IMG/VR virus record: IMGVR_UViG_3300009376_000008
Length of the DNA stretch: 20,000 bases
Reading direction: 5' to 3' (one strand)
From: an uncultured virus (IMG/VR IMGVR_UViG_3300009376_000008)
Taxonomy: Duplodnaviria; Heunggongvirae; Uroviricota; Caudoviricetes
In this document: in pieces, positions 1-6,983 of the stretch
Numbering within the stretch: the first letter of the stretch is position 1
Layout: each line of letters opens with the position of its first letter
Notes under the pieces: model-generated
What the model saw: only the letters and a program-made list of their open reading frames with translations
Database searches by the model: none
Told to the model about the DNA's origin: nothing
Translations under genes and position numbers: made by a program

Positions 1-82
1 AATAATTTTTAACACGCCGCTTAATCGACGGCCCAGTGGCAAATAACTTAGTTAATCTTCTAAATAAATTTTCTTCAGCCAT
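1..82 (-). CDS. 5' part of the gene after terminase, probably portal protein (truncated by window edge)
   Basis: ATG at 82-80, 9 nt after the TerL stop. The frame is open to the window edge: MAEENLFRRLTKLFATGPSIKRRVKKL. The portal call is inferred from the usual TerL-portal synteny; only 27 aa are visible. Confidence 0.55.
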   Translation of the reverse strand, partial: MAEENLFRRLTKLFATGPSIKRRVKNY

Positions 83-91
83 TCTTTAAAC

Positions 92-1681
92 CTACTCTAA
101 AAGCCATTTTAAATCAGCCATGGGGTCTCCCTCTGATGGCCATTTTTTTCTAACGTCAGGGGTATAATTATTTCCATCGGTAGTAATGGCGGAATCTTTT
201 AATACTGTATCACCTATTTGTGTTGAGTTAACACCAAAACCTTCAAGCATTGCCTTATTTATGTCAACTGTCTGTTTATGGTATTTTGGATCAGTGTCAT
301 ATAACCAAACACCTATAGCCAAAGAAAGAACTAAATCATCATTCGCACCCTTCCTAGCCTGGGCTTTGTTGTTTTTCCAAACGAATGTCTTAAGCTCTTC
401 GTAAAACCTAGAAGAGTGAATCCGAACTTGGCGTTTTCTTAATACCTCTTCGAGCTTTGTCAAAATTTGATTTCTGCTTTTGCCCGACGTTGTAAAGCCT
501 ATTTTTGATAAATCTACATCGCCGTACATTGCAGCATATCGATCCTTTTCGTTTACAAAATATAGGTTACGATAATCTAATTCTCTTAACTTCATAATAA
601 CGGCATACCCGTATGTGTTATTCTCAGGGCAAATCAGAGCATCGCAGTATCTTCTACCGGCCTCTGCTAAAATAGAAGCAAATCTATCAGGAGGGGCCTT
701 TCCTTTATATTCGCATACTACTTCAGATGTATCTGTATCGATTACGTGAAATGTAGAATAATCTGCAGCATCTCCGCGGGCCACATCTGCAGAAATAACG
801 TACTTGTGAGAGGTTAAAGGGTATTTCCATGTCCAAACGTTCATGCCCGGACCCCATTTTTCTAATGGGGGTTTAATCCACCCTCTAAGAAATTCAATAT
901 CCTCACTTTGCAAAAAGGTATCACCGGATGCCTGGAAATCACACAAGAGTTCTTGCGCAATCTGTCTAGCGGACATGTTTTTCGTTTCTGAATCAAACCA
1001 ATCCTCATTTCGATCTGGGTGGACATCCCATGGGAGCTTGATAGGATTAAATTCGTTCTCCTGCTCGATCGCTTTCATCCACAATTCATAATATTGGCCA
1101 CCGACGCCATTCGGAGTAGACAGTACTATGGCGCGGCCGCCAGTCGACAACGTTGGATATAAGCCCATCCATAGGGTATCGAAGTTCCTAACAAAGGCAG
1201 CCTCATCCACAATCAATAAGGACAGCGCTTCAGAACGGCCAGCATCCTCAGAAGTTGGGATTGCTTTTACAACAGAGCCATTAGAAAATTCAATTGCTTG
1301 TTTGTTGTTGTTTACGATCTCTGGCAACAGAAGCCAGGGCGGCATTGATCTAATGCAATATTTTACTTTCCTAATAAAGTTTTGAGCTACAGATAACTTA
1401 GTTGCAATAACAAGAACATTCTTGTTTTTTCTAAACAGCGTTAGCCAAGTAGCATAACCAGCAGTAATAGTAGATAATCCTAGCTGTCTAGATTTCAGAA
1501 TTATGTTAAAGCGATTTTCTTGAAACGCCTCTACACAATCATCTTGAAAATCATATGTCTTAAAAGGAATAGCGCCCTGTGTAGGATGCTGAATCTTTAC
1601 ATACTTGTTGAAGAAATAAATCGGATCCTTACCGCACCTAACTATTTCCTTGATTTGGCGCTGTTTATTTGTAATGGCCAT
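92..1681 (-). CDS. terL: Terminase large subunit (T4 gp17-like ATPase + RNase H-like nuclease)
   Basis: T4-like N-terminus (RCGKDPIYFFNKYVKI), Q-motif (YDFQ), Walker A KSRQLGLST, Walker B LLIVDEAAF, motif III LSTPNG, QELLCDF linker, and nuclease acidic motifs ISADVARGDAADYS, PENN and NDDLVLSLA. Confidence 0.96.
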   Translation of the reverse strand: MAITNKQRQIKEIVRCGKDPIYFFNKYVKIQHPTQGAIPFKTYDFQDDCVEAFQENRFNIILKSRQLGLSTITAGYATWLTLFRKNKNVLVIATKLSVAQNFIRKVKYCIRSMPPWLLLPEIVNNNKQAIEFSNGSVVKAIPTSEDAGRSEALSLLIVDEAAFVRNFDTLWMGLYPTLSTGGRAIVLSTPNGVGGQYYELWMKAIEQENEFNPIKLPWDVHPDRNEDWFDSETKNMSARQIAQELLCDFQASGDTFLQSEDIEFLRGWIKPPLEKWGPGMNVWTWKYPLTSHKYVISADVARGDAADYSTFHVIDTDTSEVVCEYKGKAPPDRFASILAEAGRRYCDALICPENNTYGYAVIMKLRELDYRNLYFVNEKDRYAAMYGDVDLSKIGFTTSGKSRNQILTKLEEVLRKRQVRIHSSRFYEELKTFVWKNNKAQARKGANDDLVLSLAIGVWLYDTDPKYHKQTVDINKAMLEGFGVNSTQIGDTVLKDSAITTDGNNYTPDVRKKWPSEGDPMADLKWLLE

Positions 1682-2071
1682 TTAGCTGATCTCAAATGTA
1701 ATATGCCTTCTATAATAAGCAATTTTACGTGGGTTATTTGCCGTAGCGGAAATTAACTCAACGTCATCTGCAGAACCGACCTCTTGAAGCTTCAGAGCCC
1801 TACCAGCAACCTCGCGGAACTGACGCTTCGCTTCAGCAATTGCCTGATTGAGTACATCAACCGACTCTCTTTCATTTTCTTTCTTTTGAGTAGCTAACCC
1901 ATCGCTGCTATTATAATGAACAACGGTTTGGTACTTAATTTCCAGTAAGCTTCCATGGATCTTGGCAGTAATGCCATATCCTGCGCCTACCACAGAGCTT
2001 CTTCCGAAGGTGGTATTGAAAATATTTCCTAGAACATTGATCTCATTAATTGTAAGTGTTTCATTTGGCAT
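1682..2071 (-). CDS. Hypothetical protein (129 aa) immediately upstream of TerL
   Basis: Strong SD (AAGGGAGA) before the ATG. Its TAA stop directly abuts the TerL ATG (TAAATG). No recognisable motif. Confidence 0.8.
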   Translation of the reverse strand: MPNETLTINEINVLGNIFNTTFGRSSVVGAGYGITAKIHGSLLEIKYQTVVHYNSSDGLATQKKENERESVDVLNQAIAEAKRQFREVAGRALKLQEVGSADDVELISATANNPRKIAYYRRHITFEIS

Positions 2072-2339
2072 CTTGGTTTTCTCCCTTTAGACAATTATAA
2101 TTATTCAGAAATTTTTGGACATCCTCTTTTTTTGGTCGCCAACCTTTCTTCCATTTATTGACATTAGACCAATAAAATTCATTTTGACAATCGGTACAAC
2201 AATCAAACGATTTAATGCTGACTACGTCATCAAAATGTCGGAGTGCGCAATTGCAAACTGGGCAATCATAAGGTATCCTTGTAAAATCTTCATCTAATAC
2301 TATAACACAGTCGTTTTTTTCTATGGTTCTATTATTCAT
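2061..2339 (-). CDS. Small Cys-rich putative zinc-finger protein (92 aa)
   Basis: CPVC...CCTDC pairs and a WKKGWRP motif. GAGGA SD upstream. The start overlaps the Mre11-Rad50 stop (ATGAATAA) and the end overlaps the next start. Confidence 0.75.
   Translation of the reverse strand: MNNRTIEKNDCVIVLDEDFTRIPYDCPVCNCALRHFDDVVSIKSFDCCTDCQNEFYWSNVNKWKKGWRPKKEDVQKFLNNYNCLKGENQDAK
2093..2105 (-). promoter_or_regulatory. Candidate phage promoter/operator (AATAATTATAATT) upstream of the 129-aa/TerL unit
   Basis: Palindrome AATTATAATT (2093-2102) containing TATAAT, ending 21 nt before the ATG at 2071. The same 10-mer occurs at 11672-11681. Confidence 0.5.
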
Positions 2340-5300
2340 AATTAGTCCTCGAATCTTTTCCTACCTTGGTTATTTCAATTATATCATCAACAGAATCCTT
2401 TACGACATCTACGTGGCTAATGATCATAATAAGGCGATAATAATTTTTCAACCGATGCAACAAATTTGTAACAGACTCAATGTTTTGCGGATCCAGGGAA
2501 CCAAATCCCTCATCTACAATGAAAATATCAGATTTATTTAACGCACTAATATTGCTAAGTGCCACACGAAGAGCCATCGAAGAAACCATTTTTTCCATGC
2601 CTGACGCACACTCAATCGGGCGACGACTATCACCGTAGTTTAAATAAACGTCCGTGCTTCTCTCATCCACTTCCATCTCGACCGAGAACCCCACAATGTC
2701 TTGCAAGATTCTAGACAGTTCGATATTGATAGCTGGCAGATTTCTGCTCATAATATAGGTCGGAATACCCCGCCAAGATGTTGCCCTAATCAAAAAATCA
2801 TGAACCTTCCACTCTACTTGTAGCGCATCGTATTCTGCTTGGGCTTGTTGTAGCTGGGCTATTGTCGCCTGTTTACTTCCGATCTGTTCAGCAGTACTAG
2901 ACCACTCATCGTTAAGATTACTGAGATTATCTACTAGTTTTTGAATTTGAAACTGTAGGTTTTTCATTTCTTCAGTCTTGTCTTCGTCCGCTTTTAGCCT
3001 TAGCGCCAACAATTCTTCTTTAAGCTTAGAAATATCTCGCTCAGCGTGACCTAAGCCAATAACGCACTCATTTTTCGTAGATTCAAGCCTAACAACAGCC
3101 ATTTTATCCTGCGACTCTTTTCTTAACATAGCTTCATAGCGATTTATTTTGTTTCTTAAATCCTGAGCATCAAGATCTTCGATTTGTTTGGCCATGGATT
3201 CTACATCTAAAGTAAAGCCATTAACAACTTCCTTCTGGTGATCTATCAACGACTTGTTGTCATGAGAATTTTTGATAAATTTGCACGTAGGAAAACTATC
3301 TCCGCACGGTACTTGAGATAAAAGCTTAATAGACTTTTTCTGTGTCTTTAATAGATTGTTTTCTCTATCTAATTTTGACTCAAGCCGCAGAAGATTCTTT
3401 CGCAGATCCTCTAGTGTTTCAAGCCTTCTTCGTAATGAATCAACTGGCACTCGAGATTTAATAGAATCATATTTTTCTAAAGAGGCTTGAAGATCTGTAA
3501 TTTCATCATCGCAAACCACGATTCTATTTGTTAATTCCTTAAACATTTTCTGTTTGATTTTAAGCGCTTTGTCTTTTTGGTCTATAATAGCCGGATCTAC
3601 CCAGTCTTCTCCGTGATCTTCTTCTGCTAATTTTCTTAGTTTTGTTAATCTGCCCTCGATATCTGTTTTCTTAAATTCTAAATCTTCTTTCTTATCTTGA
3701 AGACTTTTGATTTGCCCCTTTTCTGTTCTTATCTCTGCCACCCAATCTTTAGGTGATAGTCTCTTTAGCATACCTTTTACGCCAGCGGCTTCATCTTTTA
3801 CAAGCTTATGAAGATCGTCAAATACATCTAGCCCCAAAAAAGACGACAGGATTCTTTTTCTCTCTGTAGATCCATTATCGATAAAGGCGTTCATGTTTCC
3901 TTGAGCGGCAAAAGAAGTCATCATAAAATCTTCAGATGTTCCGATCAACTGTCTTACAGTTTTCTCTGTATCTTTTCGTTGTTCTCCACTAAGATCTCGA
4001 ATTATGCAGCCGTCTGTATCAACCTCATAAAGGTTTAAATAAGTCATGGCCCCAGACCCGCGTTTTCCTCTTGCTGGGTATCTAACACTTTGTCGCTCTA
4101 ACCGATACAGCTTACCGTTTACAGATACGGTTGCGTCTGCTGCACAATGCTGTTTTCTCGTATTTATTACATGTTGAATACCAACAATTCCTCGATCATT
4201 AGCATTAAACAGAGAGTACATCATGGTTCCTGGTATGCTGCTCTTCCCGCTTCGGTTCTTTCCAAATAGCCCGACTATCCCGCTTAGCTTAGAAAAATCA
4301 ATCGCATTATCTTCACCATACCCAAACGTATTATCGAACCCCATTCTTTTGATAGACCATTTATTTCCTCTAGCTTCTTTATTATGGGTAATCTTCGGTA
4401 GTAATGAATCCATAATTCTATCCACTTCTTGCCAAAATTCATCACTTTCAGAAGATTCTCCAGCGTACTCTCTTAATAGGCTCTTGTGAACTGCTGGCCG
4501 GGTTAAGTCTTCTACTTCTACTTTGGCTTGTTCATCTGTTAATTTTGGATCATCGTTTTTTGAACCTAATTTATAGACCACTTCATCAGCGGTCCATTCT
4601 CTAGTCAGAACATTGCTCAGTTTGCGCTGGATTTTGGGATCTAGCTGTCTATCACTCCTAATGCGAAACCTCGCGCCAGGTGGCCATTTCTCGCATTCCT
4701 TTACTGTGTTTTGAATAGACCCTAACCAATCTACTGTAACAAATGGGTTTCCGTGAAATACAGGATAAAAATCTACAGTCCACTTATCTTTAGATTCAAT
4801 GTCCCATAACAAAAACCCCTTCTCTCCCGATTCTCCGTAATTTTGTTGGATTGTAGAACCTGGATACCAAATTCTTCCCGCTTTATCTAAGCACTGTCGT
4901 TTATGAATGTCTCCAAGCATTGTAAATTCAAAAGACCTAAAGAGATCCATCTTACAATCACCATCGAGCATAAAATCCGAATCAGTATGGCTTCCCCATA
5001 CAGCACCATGGTATAGAGCTATGTTGATTTTACCTTTTTCCGCTTTTATGTTCTTGTAACCCGGCTCGTCAAACGGACTAAATACGCACCAATTGACCTC
5101 GTTGTTGTATAAATCAGGAAATGTTCCGCTCTCTCTATAAAGGTGAACCTTTGGGAGATTCAACGCTCTAAGAATTGGGCTAATTGCATCTTGCCGATCA
5201 GAATTAAGAACTAATCCATCATGGTTTCCAAGCATAACATGCACCGGCGCAATTCTGCTCATAGTTGTAAACCACCAATTAAGACAATCAATGAGTTCTG

Positions 5301-5469
5301 GCGAGATTCCTTGAGTCTTGCTATGAACTATATCGCCAGCAATCACAAAACAATCTGGATTCAGTGACCTCGCTTGCTCAAACAAATCTTCAAAAGAACG
5401 CTTGTATTCTTCGTGACGCGTCAAGCCTCGCCAGTGAACGTCTGCAATGTGAATGCACCTAAAACTCAT
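2332..5469 (-). CDS. Fused Mre11/SbcD-like nuclease + Rad50/SbcC-like SMC ATPase (T4 gp47-gp46 equivalent), 1045 aa
   Basis: N-terminal metallophosphoesterase motifs HIADVH, IAGDIVH, LGNHD, YHG, LGDIHK and YPGS. From about aa 371 there is a Rad50 head: Walker A GKNRSGKS (aa 403), Q-loop FAAQG, long coiled coil, signature ASGMEK, Walker B/D-loop FIVDEGFGSLD and H-loop IISH. Confidence 0.93.
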   Translation of the reverse strand: MSFRCIHIADVHWRGLTRHEEYKRSFEDLFEQARSLNPDCFVIAGDIVHSKTQGISPELIDCLNWWFTTMSRIAPVHVMLGNHDGLVLNSDRQDAISPILRALNLPKVHLYRESGTFPDLYNNEVNWCVFSPFDEPGYKNIKAEKGKINIALYHGAVWGSHTDSDFMLDGDCKMDLFRSFEFTMLGDIHKRQCLDKAGRIWYPGSTIQQNYGESGEKGFLLWDIESKDKWTVDFYPVFHGNPFVTVDWLGSIQNTVKECEKWPPGARFRIRSDRQLDPKIQRKLSNVLTREWTADEVVYKLGSKNDDPKLTDEQAKVEVEDLTRPAVHKSLLREYAGESSESDEFWQEVDRIMDSLLPKITHNKEARGNKWSIKRMGFDNTFGYGEDNAIDFSKLSGIVGLFGKNRSGKSSIPGTMMYSLFNANDRGIVGIQHVINTRKQHCAADATVSVNGKLYRLERQSVRYPARGKRGSGAMTYLNLYEVDTDGCIIRDLSGEQRKDTEKTVRQLIGTSEDFMMTSFAAQGNMNAFIDNGSTERKRILSSFLGLDVFDDLHKLVKDEAAGVKGMLKRLSPKDWVAEIRTEKGQIKSLQDKKEDLEFKKTDIEGRLTKLRKLAEEDHGEDWVDPAIIDQKDKALKIKQKMFKELTNRIVVCDDEITDLQASLEKYDSIKSRVPVDSLRRRLETLEDLRKNLLRLESKLDRENNLLKTQKKSIKLLSQVPCGDSFPTCKFIKNSHDNKSLIDHQKEVVNGFTLDVESMAKQIEDLDAQDLRNKINRYEAMLRKESQDKMAVVRLESTKNECVIGLGHAERDISKLKEELLALRLKADEDKTEEMKNLQFQIQKLVDNLSNLNDEWSSTAEQIGSKQATIAQLQQAQAEYDALQVEWKVHDFLIRATSWRGIPTYIMSRNLPAINIELSRILQDIVGFSVEMEVDERSTDVYLNYGDSRRPIECASGMEKMVSSMALRVALSNISALNKSDIFIVDEGFGSLDPQNIESVTNLLHRLKNYYRLIMIISHVDVVKDSVDDIIEITKVGKDSRTNYE

Positions 5470-6395
5470 ATTCTCAACCCCTGTAATTTCGCTAAAATTA
5501 GCGAATTTTGAGAGTATTTTTTACTCTCTCTTATTAATTCGGCGACTTCAGTAAATTCGCAATCGCCTACATCCTTCTCTAAAGGACAATTTAGCCAAAC
5601 ATCAATAGAATAAGAAGATAAAAGCTTTGCTATTTTCATTGCTTTATTCTGCGCATCTGGATCTAACAACAATACCACTGGTGTGGCATTCTTTGTTATT
5701 CTTTCAAAAAGTAAAGAATTCTCATTTAAGGTACTCCCCAATAAACAAGTAGAATTAACACCACACTTAATCAAATCTAGCGGTCCTTCTACTAAAACTA
5801 TCCTATTACCAAAGTCTACATCTATTTCATTAAAAATAATGTCTTTTTTCGGTAAAGATTCATTAACATATCGAATGTGATTATTCTTATCTATGGCTCT
5901 TCCAGTCAAATAATTCAAATTACCATCTTCATCAAAGGAAGGCATCAATAACCTGCGGTACCATTTACCGATTCGAGAGTATCCGCACCTATATCGCCAT
6001 AACATAGGAGCAGAAAATCCCCTAGAGTGTGCGTAATTTTTAATCTCTCTTGCATATGGATCATTTGTATCATCACCAAGTAGTTTAAAATCTTCAGGTA
6101 ATCTAATTTCGATAGGCGCTTCAACGACTGTTTTGGCATTGGCCTGTGGGAATCTCGCCATATACTGCGATTTCTTTGAAGGAGAAATCATGCCTACTAG
6201 TCTAGCTATCCCACGGCCCTTTAAATCGCAAACCCAGCAATGATAAATCTCGTTATCAAGCCTGATACATAATTTGCTTTTTCCTGGTTTGCCACACTCT
6301 GGACATCGAACCGATATCTCAATATTATCCCTTGCGACCTGGACGTCTTTGAAAAGTTTAGCCAGGAACGCTATTTTATCTTGTAGTAAAGCCAT
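5466..6395 (-). CDS. DNA primase (DnaG/T4 gp61-like; Zn-binding + TOPRIM)
   Basis: Zn-binding CPECG...YHCWVC, RRLLMPSF..G...LTGR catalytic-core motif, TOPRIM VLVEGPLD and LLDPDA, and KDVGD. No helicase domain. ATGA overlap with the next gene. Confidence 0.9.
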   Translation of the reverse strand: MALLQDKIAFLAKLFKDVQVARDNIEISVRCPECGKPGKSKLCIRLDNEIYHCWVCDLKGRGIARLVGMISPSKKSQYMARFPQANAKTVVEAPIEIRLPEDFKLLGDDTNDPYAREIKNYAHSRGFSAPMLWRYRCGYSRIGKWYRRLLMPSFDEDGNLNYLTGRAIDKNNHIRYVNESLPKKDIIFNEIDVDFGNRIVLVEGPLDLIKCGVNSTCLLGSTLNENSLLFERITKNATPVVLLLDPDAQNKAMKIAKLLSSYSIDVWLNCPLEKDVGDCEFTEVAELIRESKKYSQNSLILAKLQGLRI

Positions 6396-6404
6396 AACTC
6401 TATT

Positions 6405-6983
6405 CTACTGAATAGATTTAGATTTTATAAATCCTGCATTCGCAATCACGAAAGAGTCCGCTATATCGTAACACGAAGGACAATCTATAGTAATTCCTTT
6501 TCGGGGCCCGCTTTTAAGGGTTTTCTGAGGCCAATTAAATTTGGGTAACTTTGCCTTAGTCCAGATCAAAACCTGCTCTTTCGTTGAGATGCCGCATGTT
6601 TTCTCTCGCTGTATTTTTAAGCCAACAAGTTTTCTAGCAGCATTAGCATTTATTAACCCAGGAACGATGTCTATCGTCTTGTGCAACATGAATTGACACA
6701 TACCATTGAAGGTTGCTAACCGCATCATTGTGGCCGCTGTGGAGCCACCCTTTGCGAACCTCTGGAACGGCTCTTCAATCCAGATTTCAGTAATCTGTTC
6801 ACCTAAGCAAACGCCTTCATGTTTACTATCAAAAATCTGTGATAACTGTTGTTCTAAAAACAATGCCCGCTCAGAAAGACCGCCCTTAGGTAATACTATT
6901 GCATGCGCTTCAATAAACTTAGCGTCCGGATCTAAAAAAGTTACTCCCACAACGGAAGTGGATATATCAAAACCAACTATCAT
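6405..6983 (-). CDS. RuvC-like Holliday junction resolvase
   Basis: RNase H-fold catalytic pattern IVGFDISTSVVG (D), IWIEEPF (E) and YDIADSFVIA (DxxD). ARKLVG...STKEQV resembles RuvC helices. TAATG overlap with the upstream gene. Confidence 0.85.
   Translation of the reverse strand: MIVGFDISTSVVGVTFLDPDAKFIEAHAIVLPKGGLSERALFLEQQLSQIFDSKHEGVCLGEQITEIWIEEPFQRFAKGGSTAATMMRLATFNGMCQFMLHKTIDIVPGLINANAARKLVGLKIQREKTCGISTKEQVLIWTKAKLPKFNWPQKTLKSGPRKGITIDCPSCYDIADSFVIANAGFIKSKSIQ

Noticed and set aside
92..6395. Inteins, introns or homing endonucleases in TerL, MR or primase
   Set aside because: Motif spacing and protein lengths are normal, and no intein splice-junction, LAGLIDADG or HNH signatures were seen.
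6405..6983. RuvC protein as a TnpB/Cas12-like nuclease (CPSC just before the last catalytic Asp, 6456-6482)
   Set aside because: It is only 192 aa with RuvC-I at the very N-terminus and a single CxxC. There is no REC/WED region and no flanking non-coding space for a guide RNA or array. A stand-alone resolvase fits better.
2332..6983. Bacterial SMC-based defence system (Wadjet/Lamassu-like) or chromosomal sbcCD locus
   Set aside because: No kleisin/KITE or effector genes are present, the ATPase is Rad50-type with an Mre11 nuclease, and the context is terminase and virion genes.
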